A stretch of 64,000 nucleotides of DNA from Klebsormidium nitens (lineage: Eukaryota > Plantae > Klebsormidiophyceae): contig DF236957.1 of the NCBI GenBank assembly GCA_000708835.1, positions 62,001-126,000 on the forward strand. The letters run 5' to 3'. The notes below the pieces were generated by a model, which saw only the letters and a list, made by a program, of their open reading frames with translations, was not told where the DNA came from and did not search any database. Within the stretch, counting starts at the first letter, position 1, and each line of letters begins with the position of its first letter. Made by a program: the position numbers and the translations under genes. Below are positions 1 to 11,500 of the stretch, piece after piece.

Positions 1-629
1 CCATGTCAATTGCAGTTGCCTTCAAGGACAGCATAGTACGTGCCACTTTGAGCAAAGTCTCAGCTTGCAGACATGCATGCCGAATGCTGGAAGGGTCAGC
101 TGCTCCTGCCCAAATCCAGGTCACATAGTCTTCACGTCTGAGTTTTCAACAATAGCATGCGATTTTCGGTCGAAAGCAGAGGTAGCTGAACTGAGATTGG
201 TGTGATTTTGTCGCACCAGAAATTGCTGGAATGAAGTATTTCGTTGCATTCTCAAAATCTATCCAGCCTGCCATAATTGCGTCTTTGCAACAATGCTGTA
301 TAAGATTTTCTGCAAGAAGTCCAGCTTTGCTAGTCAAAGGTCCTTCTCAAACCTTTGAGGTCGGAACCCAGAGTCTCTGTTTGGTGTGCAATGGGCTTAA
401 CCTTAATAAATATGTTTACTTGCGGTTGGCCAAATTCATCTGGGAATTCTTGCCGTGTTTTACAAGTAGCAGTTTAATGTTGCAAAACCGGCTGTCCAGG
501 AGCAATTAGAACATTCCTCCCTAACTGGACGTGCTTGCCTAGAGTCTATATTTTGACCTTGATTGAAATTGTCACCTTTGCTGACAGGTCAGCAACCCGG
601 CATTCAAAGCAGCACCCCTCCCGACTGTC

Positions 630-3600
630 ATGGACAGCTTTTTCAAGAAGGCCCAGGAGTTCGCGAGCGCCTCGTTGAAGAAGTCTCAGGTGCGTCGGCC
701 GTCCACGAATGTTGGTCACATTATCGTTGGTCTTTCTCCTCATCGACGGATTGTCATTCATAAATAGACACATTTTTTGTCCTTCATTTAGTACCATGCA
801 GATTATTCGAGTTCGCTCACTTTGACCGCAACTCTTTTACTTCAAGTAAACCTTCTGATAAGGGCGCTAGCCTCCCCCTTGTCTTTGGATCTTTGGGTGA
901 TTTTCACTAGAGGATGCCGTGGGGGCTCACTAGAAGCATGCACGAGGGTGCATATTGCAGATCGAGGCAGACTTTGTATGCTGGTTGGTTGTGATGATAA
1001 CTCTCTCAATATTCGACCTCTGCGTTCTTTGCCCCCCAAATGGTGGGATTGGGGCAATGTTCAAGGCTCTTGAGAGGATTCTCGAGCGAAGCTGGCTTGA
1101 AAGACCCTTGGAACTCTGAGAACTTGAAAAAGCTATGATGGGACTGCATTTGGCTCGGTCCCACCTCATCATTAACGGCTCCTCGAGTAAAGTGCGTCCA
1201 TGTCAGAACCTGTTCATAATTGGTGACAGTTGTTGCCAAACAGTGTCGACCAAGTCATTCTGCCGCTCCTTTTGTGGTTCCCTTCCATGCCAATAGGGTC
1301 TTCACCTTCACAGGGTCTCACGCCATTCCGAATGTTTCTTAACACAACGATCCCTCAGCGATCTTGCCATCTATCTCAAGGTCTTTTCGCTCTTCCACTG
1401 TGACGCTAAAATGACTTTCTAGGATCTCTCCGTCCTTCATTTGCTCTGTCCTTCGTTTCGTCGGGGAAAGTACTTCCCCAGGAGCTCGCGGTCGTTCGCC
1501 CTCATTCTCTGTGTATGGTTCCTGTGCTCCTCTGTGCCCTTACAGGAGCCTTCCTTTTGTTGTGCCTTTATGAAGGGCAAGCCTTCACAGTCCAAACCAC
1601 TTGAAGATGCTAAAAGCTGAACCCTTTTGCTGTGAAGCATAACCATTGCGCTGAATAGTCCCAGGGACCACACAACGAGACGCCCTGTCATGCAGAGCTC
1701 CTCTACACTTACATTTCCTGCTTCTCATTCCCTTCTGATATGGAAAAGGAATTCCTTTTGGATCCCTTTTGAACGGAAACCCTCTGGTATGGAAAAGGAA
1801 CGACGTCTCTCTCCAGGAGCTTGCAACCACCGCCGCCGCCCAGTCCCGCGAGCTAGCTACTGAGACCGCGAAACAGACCCGCCTCGCCGCTCAGAGCTCG
1901 TACAAGGCCGCAGCAGAGGCCAGCAAGAAGGCCGAGATCAAGCTCAAGCAGTTGGCGCTCGACTTGAATGCAAAGGGGGGGCCTGGTCAACCCAGCAAAG
2001 AACAAGAGTTGCAAGAGGCGGGGATCACTGAGGAGCTGATCGACTTCATTCGGGGGATCGACATCAAGACATTCCGGCAATTTCCCTTGGAGGATGCGTT
2101 GTGTATCCTCAACTTCGAGCTTCAGTGCAAAACACTGTCAGGGGTGTTTCGCTCTGCCGTGCTTTCCTTCTTGCTTTCAGATAACTAGAGGCATCAAAAC
2201 GGCTCTGTATATTTACCCTTTTTGCATCCGGACACAAGTCGGTGTATATCTTCGTTGCTTGTCAGGGAGCCAAGAGCATGCTTGCTTGGGAGTTTCTCAG
2301 AGGGGAAACATTTGTCGTTGGAATGGACCACGAGCCTTCCAGGCCCCTATGTGTGAGTCGCAGGCCTCTCGCACCGCGCGGATTTTGTATTCGAAACACT
2401 GAGGGATCCCTCTGCAGTTATTGAAGTTCAGATTCTTCAGGGTTTGGGGCTTAAGATGTGCAGGTACAATGGTTTTACTGCGCTTTACATCCTGCCTCTA
2501 CCTGTCATCTCCTTGACGCCCTAAACAGCCGCACAAGCAGCCGCCGGCCTCCAGAAGACTGACAGCGGGATCAGTGACAACGGCAGCGACTCCCCATCCG
2601 AGAAGACCCCCAAGGAGCAACGGGTGGACGGCAGCGAGTTGACACCGTTTCAGGAGCACCATGCGACCCTGGTGCTCCAGACAGTGCAGGTGCGCTGCCT
2701 GGGATTATGAATGTTGATAGATAGTGCAGCTGAAGATCTTGTTGAAACCGTTGGTCAGCCGGGAAAGAGCAGAAGAACCGTAAACATCCTTGCAGAGAAA
2801 GGAAAATGTTTGTCACATTGGCAAGATTCTTGCAGATCGTTTTGAGGAGAGATGAAACGAACGGGTGGGGGAACAAGTGTTTACGAAGATTTTACGAAAC
2901 CATGCGGAATGAGAGGAGCAAAGATGAGACCAGATAAAAGTGCCAGGAAAGACCAAGAGGAGAACTATTGCCGTGAGTAACGATGGTCGTGGTGCCCCTG
3001 CAGGAAGTTGCGGACTTCCGGTACGTGTTGTGCCCACGGCGAATGAAGGAGTCCCGCTTCTGGAAGATCTACTTCACGCTAGTCCACTCACACATTGCCC
3101 CGTGAGTAGGTTCGAGGAGAAGTTGTTACATGCAGGCTTTCTTTGCGTTGCTTTTACCATCTAAGAACCTGGAGCCTATACTTTCTGACTGCTTCCTTCC
3201 AGACGTCTGCGCGATCTGTGGTATACGCGCAACATCTGGGATTGTGGACCTTTTCCTCAGTTCTGCTTGGCACAAAGGTCGGGACTGGTATCTGAGTTTG
3301 GGACTGGTATCTGAGTCTATCCTGCTTCTTTAGAGGCTTCCGTATCCGTTTGACAGTGTGGCTGGAGAGTCTCCCTTTCCTTTCCGAACGGCTGTAGAAC
3401 AGGAAGTGCTGGCTCACTTATTTCGTAAATCTTTCACGCTTGAATGTGGAGCTCTCTAGACAGTCTTCAGATTTTCAGTTGTCTTTGAATGGGGCCGAAT
3501 ATTCGGCAACCGAATCTTCAGAAGCCGTAAGTTTCTCATGGTTGAATGTGGAGCTATCTAGACAGTCTTCAGATGTTCTCAATGGTCTTTGAAACGGCAA

Positions 3601-6600
3601 TCGAATCTTCAGAAGCCTCGAAGATGGACACCGGAGGATGTCGTTTATGACGCCTGAGTTTTAGGGTTTTAGGGTTTTAGCGTTTTAAAGTTTTCATACC
3701 AGTAAGCGACGGTCCCTGCACGCCACCATTCAGGCTGTGAGTTCAAAGAGGGCGTCAGAGTTCAAGGCGCACTAGTGGCATCCAAGTCCTGACAGAAAAC
3801 CTCGTCGGACGGCTCGGATGCGCAATCTTCCTTTGCCTCAGCAACCAACATGGCCATCTGCACTGGAGGACCGTCACTTGGCCGGCAGCATAGCTGGTCT
3901 TCTTTCCTGGCCTGTACAGAAGTGCTCGAAGGTCTCTGGTCGCCCCGGTTTTAACGGTGAGACGACGCCGTTTCAAACGGACCCGCTTTGGATTGCAGGT
4001 ACGAGGCGCGCTGGCAGCAGGCCCAAGCCGCCAAGCAGCCGGCAGAGCCGCCAGCGGAAACTGCTGCGAAGGACTCAACGAAGCCCAGCGCAGCAGCCAC
4101 AACCGCTGCCAGCATTGCAGAGACCATGAAGCCGCTACAGGTGCGACTCGCAACAGGTCATCGATTCTAAGTTCCGTCTTTCAATGGCACAATAATCAGT
4201 TCTGGCTTTCTCTCGGAGATTTTGTCGGATCAATGAGTGTGGCTTTTGATGTTGGTATTTCGGTTTGTTAGAGGTTCGACATCCGTCTAAAAGGTGGAAA
4301 ATGTTTGCATGACTAGAAGAACTCGCTGGACACTTGTTCGCCCAAACTGCACTCTGCTTGGATGACATCAGCATCTTTCGCGCTTGCTTATTGCATGGTA
4401 GCCGGCACTTATCGCCATTGTCAAGCTTTCTTACAGTTGGCGCTTGATGTCACGCCCGCAGCAACTCACCAGATGCTGGTCTTTCCGGGTCATCGTTGTT
4501 AGAAAGATGCAAGTCGCGCTGTTTTTGTTCAATCGGGAGTGCAAATGATCAAGCACGGAACTTATTTGCAGTTGCTGTTCCAAAGCAAGCTCGTTCTGGT
4601 TTTTGACACCAAAGCCCATCGACGGCCTGTGCCAGTGTGGTCCGAGACTGATGCGGTGTCAACTGTATGCAGGAGTCGTTCCTAGTGGGCATCCAGGAGG
4701 TGCGGGCGGGCTTGACTCAGGCGGGGCGCACGATCGCCAGCAGCGTGACGTCATCATCCCCCAAGCCCGCAGGTGGGCCGCCATGCCAGGACCTTGCAAT
4801 CATTTTGAAGCGTTTTACTAAGCGTTTTACTTTAATATAAGTCTCGTAAGCAGGGGGAAAGCCAAGGGCCCCAGAGGCTTCATTCGAAATTATCGGAAGA
4901 GAATCGGATGTAGGAGATATGCGTCCTCTCCGAACCCGCTGCAGACGTTCATCCCTGCAGGGAAGCGCAAGTGCTAAGCCCGCCAAGGGAGAAAAGTGAT
5001 TCGAATGGCCATTGAAAATGGTTCCAAAACAATCCTGTTTATTCTTGTACCTCGTTAGTGGCGGCACCCGCGATCTGATTGCCGTCGAAGCTGTTTGAAA
5101 ATTCATCCTCCTTTGTGTTCCGTAAAGTGTCAAGTACTTGCGTCCCCTCAATTGCGCTGCTGAAATCCCGGTATTGCCTCTCGCAGAGAGTCCAAACCCA
5201 GCATTGACGGCATCTGCGGGTTTGATGGCCATCGACGCACTTTAAGATTCATCTAATGTTTCGTTCCGGCAACGGATTTTTGACTGACACCAGATTTCCT
5301 TCTTGGAGAGAAGCCCAAGTCCAAGCCCCGCCAACGCCCTTGAAGCCATGGAAACAGCGCAAAACTCGTTTTTTTCCATCTTCACCGGCGTATCAAGTAT
5401 CTTCAGTCCTATTCTCCTACCTCTCATTTTCTGTTCTTGCAGAGAAACCGAAGTCCAAGCCCGCCAACGGCGGCATCCGCGACCTGGCGGCCGTCAAGGC
5501 TGCCGCGGACGCTACCCCTGCCGCGTCCGAAAAGAAGCCGGCCGTCCGCGAGACGACGGGCGCGGTCCAAACCGCCACGGGTACCGAACCGAGCGCTACG
5601 AACCCGGACAAGAAAGAGGGACCTCGCGAAACGGACGGGAAGGCGGCTGCCGGGGGGGCGGTTTCGCAGGCGAAAGCCGGGGGGGGAAACGAGAAGGGCG
5701 AGGAGACGGACTTGGATGCGTATCTGATGGGCGCCTTGGACGATGACGGTGAGGGCCCCTCTACTTTCTAGCTTTCAGTCTTTCAGATGAGTTGTTTTCC
5801 GTTGCCAGTCCTCGACAGACCGGAGGTTGCGCATATCGTGCTAGTGGATGGATGCACTGGGCATGGTACGCACAGTTGAGTGTTTTGGCAGCTCGCTAGG
5901 TCTTTGGGTCAACCAAAACGGCAATCTTCCGGCGCGACTGGAGACTCCTCTTTGGTCTTCGATAGTGGAACCAATCCCTTCAATTCCGTAATCTAGGGAG
6001 TCAAGGATTGCTGCTTCTCCTACTTTCGTTCACGCTCTTAGCTATAGCAGCTTTGAAGAACGTGCAGAATGGCTGCTGCAATGGAACCCTCTGCTTTTAC
6101 GTTCGAGGGCAGCTAACGGATAAACTGAGTGAAGGGCTAATAGTCTGTGCAAATCTACAATTTCTGAACTACTGTAGGCGTGCTTTTTGTAGTTGACGAT
6201 GATGACGACGGGGAGGGCTTCAACGAAGAGGACTTCGAGAAGCTAGTCAACAGCGGGGTAAGAAGCGGACCTTCTTCGCTTAACTGCTTGCGGATGTCAA
6301 GGTTGTGATTATTGTGAGGTTTGCTGTTCCAGCATGCAGAGATGTGTCCGTCTGCCGTGCGCACTCTCCTGTGGATAGCGGTTCTCGCTGGACGTTAATG
6401 GTGGTAAAACAAGAGTGCTACTCAACCCCGTGTCTTGAGTTCTGGTGTCCGAGTTCGATCGTGACCATTCGGGCTCGATTGGCCGATCTTGCGAGCAAGC
6501 AGTGACTCAATATGTCAATATGTCAATGTATGTCAATATGTCAGTATGTCTGATTGTAGTATATCAGAACACATGCTCAGAGAGACCCCAAAAAACACTG

Positions 6601-6804
6601 CCAGACATAGCGGTCCATCACCTAACGAACAATTCACATCCTGCACTTTGCCCCTGGCGGTATTCACTTGAGACCTCCATTGGAGACTGAACCCACAAGT
6701 GGGTTCCCCTGCGCTTCTAGCTCGTCCTGACAGGTTTGTAACATTCCGCGCAGGGGTTCATGAAAGACGAGCACAAGGCTGATAAGGGGAAGGTTGCTTC
6801 ATGA
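630..6804 (+). CDS. BSD domain-containing protein (multi-exon; terminal exon tentative)
   Basis: Exons read from GT-AG boundaries: 630-689 (MDSFFKKAQEFASASLKKSQ); 1817-~2100 (ELATTAAAQSRE...GITEELIDFIRGIDIKTFRQFPLED, donor uncertain); 2529-2689 (...ELTPFQEHHATLVLQTVQ); 3004-3101 (EVADFRYVLCPRRMKESRFWKIYFTLVHSHIAP); 3999-4140; 4673-4772; 5443-5748; 6193-6257 (DDDDDGEGFNEEDFEKLVNSG); candidate last exon 6754-6804. QEHHA..VL...E...FRY.LCPR.MKE.RFWKIYF.L is the plant BSD-domain signature. If the 5749 donor is not used, the ORF stops at 5771. Confidence 0.85.
3440..3618. repeat. Two-copy ~102-bp tandem duplication in a BSD intron
   Basis: TTGAATGTGGAGCT.TCTAGACAGTCTTCAGAT at 3440 and 3542. Both copies end in CGAATCTTCAGAAGCC. 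Confidence 0.85.
3659..3690 (+). repeat. Interstitial telomere-like repeat (TTTTAGGG)n, degenerating
   Basis: ttttaggg ttttaggg ttttagcg ttttaaag. Confidence 0.7.
6507..6550. repeat. Short tandem repeat, unit ~TCAATATG, about 5 imperfect copies
   Basis: tcaatatg tcaatatg tcaatgtatg tcaatatg tcagtatgtc. Confidence 0.75.
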
Positions 6805-8569
6805 TCCGGGTCGAAAGGTGAGCCCCGGGTTTGTATAATTGGGGCGAAGGATGTCTTGTTGCACTATGTACCCCCAAAAAGCGAGCCTGAGTTGGCAGCT
6901 CATGTCTCTCCATGTAACTGCAAGTTTCAAATGGCGCCATGTCGCAGAAGCAACACAAGACCGGCTGAATGGTCAATCTGAACCATTGCCAGCCCAGCGA
7001 GAGTGAACAACGAATGCGCCCTGTACTGCAGATCTCGTTGGGTGAAATTGCTCGAAGGGAAAGGTTTCTGTTTCGATGATGGAACTGAAGAACTGTACGG
7101 GGGCAGAAACAGAGGGATTATAGGATCTAAAATCCTCTCGTTCGACTGTATATAGTGGTAAGTGGTTTGCCACCCAAGTATCACGAGCATAAACAAGTTC
7201 AGCGTCTTATGCAAGTCAATATTAGATCATTTAGCTGGGTCTTGCAAAGCAGACTCTTGGGATATCGATAGAAACAGCAATCATTTCTTCAAATTCTGGT
7301 AATTCAAACTTTACGATCTTTTCCTCAGGCGACCACAATTGTAGTCAGTAGAACCACAAGATAAGCCACTGCAAAGTCCATGGCTTGCAGTACGTCGCAA
7401 CTTGTATTCTTGTATGAGTGGGGGCTCAACTCCGATTTGCACCTTCCTTTGAATTCTACTAGGCTATACGGATTACTCAGCTGGGGAGCATGCTGTCGGT
7501 CAACACTTGGTACCTCGAACTCGGATTGTTTGTCATTCTACATGCATGGATTCCGTCAAACCCATCAACTCACCTGCTGCATATCGGTATATGACGAATT
7601 TGCGGGCATGAACTTACTTATATACGTTTGGACTCCAATTATCCATCCGGCAACTGACATATCTGATGATATCGCGTTCGTGGCTATACGGTCATTTGGA
7701 TTCGAGTGTCACTATACGCATATGCAGCCTGCTATCGTAGCATGGCACAAGCTATGATATACAAAGTATTCTCGAATGGCAGATTGAGCCGGATCTACCA
7801 TTCTCACCGGCCACTTGCGATCAGTATATGTATTTGTGCTGTAAAAAAGAATTGCAGCTCGGCGCATCTACATGGTCGGATCGGAAATCGCATCCATATG
7901 ACCATCTTCGGGCTTGCAGCTGCCGGCAACAGGTACTTGCATGCATTGAATTCTGCTATTTGAAACAACTGTTGGAATATATATGCACAAATCCGCATGT
8001 GTGCACGAACACTGTCTTAAAGCCACAATTGCTATATATGTACCTGCAAACGTTTAGCAACCGTGAACATAAATAAACTGCGTGGGCTCGATCATCATCT
8101 GTGTATAACATATATCGTTGCACTATATATAGTTCAATTCAATGCAGAATATTCCTTCGAATCGCCCTCAAGCGGCCATCACTAAATTTGATATAGCCTA
8201 ACATCATCAAATATGATAAGATTCGATTTACAGACCATGCCGTACACTAAGCGAGCTTTGCACCAAAAAAATACAAATGTGATGAATTTACATGTAACCA
8301 CGATAACGACTAGATGAAAGAGTATCAAGGGTACAGCTAAGTTTCACTGCAGGCCAGACTACATAGTGTACAACTAAAGTGAATGGTAAAGAAAAGGCAG
8401 CTTCTCCGTCCTGCACTTGGACTGAATTGAATTCCTTGTGCTATTGCTCTTCATGGCGGCTGCTCTACATCCAAAAAAGCTAGGGGCGGCAGGGCCTTTT
8501 TTGCCCTGCCCCTCCCTCTCAGCAGATTACTCATTTCTACAGCAAACATCCCAGAAGAGATAGTTCTTC

Positions 8570-11500
8570 TTACGCCTGCCCATACATGCGGATTTTGGGG
8601 GCTGAAATAAACGCTTCGTTGGTCTCCGTAGGGCGAGACCCGAAGACGCCACGCCAGAAGGCGGCCACTGTCTTTGCAATCCTTCCAAAGAAGCTCTCGT
8701 CATTGCTGTCGTCGTATTTCTCCATGTCATCATAGCTGGCGCCGCTGAACAGCTCGGCAGCAGGGTTGCCGAAAGAAGGCTCCTCGAAAGTCTTGGCGAG
8801 AGACAAAGGCTGCACAAATGAGAAGCACCCTTTTCCGGTCTAACCGAGGGCTAATTTTGGTGAATCGTTCTCTAGTGAATCGTTCTCTACTTTTCTTCTC
8901 GTATTCACTTGCGGATGCAGATTACATCTCCAAATTACGATCTCAAAAGGTGGTACCGACCAAAAAGCAGTCCAGAGGATAGAAGACAACGAAAGACCTT
9001 TCTCGACACTTTCTCGACACCCTCTGAAAAAGGTAAAAGACATGTAGTTACACAAACACTCCCATCTCTCGAGCTTGGGTGCTTGCCACTGGGCAGACTA
9101 TAGGACTGATTTCTCCACAATTCAAGGTGAACCCTCCTTCGTCAATTTATCAATCCGCTCTGCTTATTCCATTCGCTAAGCGCAAACAAAAGCGTCAGCC
9201 TAGCTCTGGCTATAATCAGCCGGTAGGAAAAGCGCAAAAAGATCTTCCCAAAGATATAAGGACACAGCTCATGCTGGAACAAAACGAGGGCAGCTGAGGT
9301 ACGCCTGAGAGCATTTGAGGTACTTACCTCAACCTAAACATTCGAAGTCGAAGAGGCACTTGCACGGCGATACTGAAATCCTTCCAAAACCCTCCTCCTT
9401 CCAAAAACTCTTGTAATCCCGACAAAGTGAGAAACAAGTGTGGAAGCGGAAACAGAAGACTTGAGCACAAACAAAAGGACGATAGAGACACGTGCTTACC
9501 AGGGAAACCTCCATCTTCCCCTCACAGGAGGCGGGGACGTCAAAGAAGCCCTCGTCGATGTCCTTTGTGATGTTGAAGTACTGTCAAGAAAGGAAGGCCC
9601 GAGATATGAATCCTCCGGACTTTCAGTCTTCTTGACGCGTTTTCTCAATAGGATGCTGATCAATCTACAAATCTACTCTACTGAAGAGGTTATCAAAGTC
9701 GTTCTTGACCTCTTTGGTGAAAAGGGCACTGAAGTACTCCAGCAGAATGCGCACCTTACCAAATTGCATAAAACGAGTCAAACCCCGTTGAAAACAGATT
9801 GCACATTCATTCGACGGTACAAAGTCATTCGAGTTCTTCCTCGACTATTCAGACATATTGATCACGTTCTCAAGTAACGGCTGTCAAGTGCGGAGGATTT
9901 GCACTCAACTGCGATGAAGTCGTTCAAACCTTTCGATGTGGACCTTGAGATTAACAGAGAAGGAGGTAACGTCAAATACAACACAAGTCGCCTCGATGCG
10001 ACCTACAAATTGGGACACGTGACAGATGCGAATGCCTGAGTTGTGGCAGCTCACGTTGGTATGAACAGCGCTGTGGCACTTCTTTGCGGCGTTGATGGAG
10101 ACAGGGATGTTGCTCTCGGAGGTAAGGGACACCACGACCTGCAGAAAGAAAATGAAACCAGCGTCCGCTTGTGCAAAACGACAGTACAGGCAGGATTTTA
10201 TATTGGTGCAAATCTGCAGGCACCCTGCTCTTTCATCAGCACCGAGAAAAACCAGCAAGTTTGCCTTTTTAGTACTTTAAAGAGATCTGAAGGATGATAA
10301 CGAACTTCGAGCGGTCCTTCCTGAAGGTCATGTTTGCAGTCATGGGATCGAATTTAATGCCAAAGCGCTCTAACCCAGTAGCTCAATGCTCGGCTGTTAT
10401 GTAAGTGGAAACGAGTGACTTTTCCTCTGCTATAGTGGAAAAATGCGGAAAAAGCAAAAACAAAGTTCCCCATTGGTCGTTAGGTTACCCCCAGACATTC
10501 TTTGGGGCTACTTTGCGATTGATCACTCCCAAGCATCACTGCCGTGTCCCTGTTCAAACAGATGGCTCTTGCAGAAAGAAGGGATATGTTCATCAAGAGC
10601 AGAATGCCGTGCTTAAAAGCAGAATGAAAAAACACAACTGATTGGTGCTTACGATTGCCTTCTTGGCCTTGATGAAGTACATGTCGACATCAAGGGACCC
10701 TCCAACAACGATGGTGCCACCCTGCGAAGAAGCAACGCAGAATAATTACAACTTCCGTCTTGTTACAAACCCTCTAGACTTTATCCTTCAGTCCTCAGGG
10801 GTTATCTTTCTTAACCTCCGTATCCGTTGTCTCTTCAAAGACAGGCCAACAGGAAACAAAGTATTTCAGATGCAGAAACAGAATGCGAAAGCTTATGCTT
10901 GAGGGAAGCACAGCATCCGAACAGCAGGAAAGCAACCCAGCACGCATAAAAAGTAAAAGCGCAATCCATACTCAGTCTGGTGTGTCATGCTCTAACAAAG
11001 ACAGTCTCAATCTCCATGTTCACATTGATTCTATAAAAGGAACTGCGAGATAGACATAATTCCATAGAAAGTCCAAACCTTTCGGTTTTAACGGCATTAG
11101 GCAGGGTCCCAACCTTGTGCCAACACCAGACAATGAATCATAAAGACGTGTCTGACATAAACGAGACAGCGGAACAGCAGCGTGACTACTGACCAGGTGA
11201 ATTGAGAACAAGAGTGACATGTCAAAAAGCGTCAAAGAAACCATCTGAGAAAGGCCTGCTAAGTTTTACAGATGCCTGCTGAAAGCTCTCAGAAAACGTA
11301 GGGCTAATATACTCCCTACGGTCTGAACTGCAGACCCCTAGAACAGGAAACGCTTATGCAAACACTTGTTGAGCTCAAAGGAGGTGGACCATATGCAAAA
11401 CGTCAAGGCGAAATGGCCTCTCCAAAAAAGTGCCAAGGGTTTCGCCAGTCAGGAGCAATCAGTGACCAAAACGCTGCAGCGATTTGATGGAAAATCCGAA

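Noticed and set aside
1744-1759. Perfect 16-bp palindrome AAAAGGAATTCCTTTT in a BSD intron
   Set aside because: An isolated low-complexity palindrome with no supporting context.
4717-5232. 171-aa minus-strand ORF
   Set aside because: It is antisense within a BSD intron/exon and has no recognisable motif.
5749-5771. Stop at 5771 as the BSD C-terminus
   Set aside because: A good donor (G|gtgagg at 5749) splices in frame to an acidic exon at 6193-6257, so the gene probably continues. This is not certain.
9440-9877. 145-aa + strand ORF
   Set aside because: It is antisense to exon 6 and an intron of the EPDR-like gene, has a GTG start, and shows no domain or splice support.
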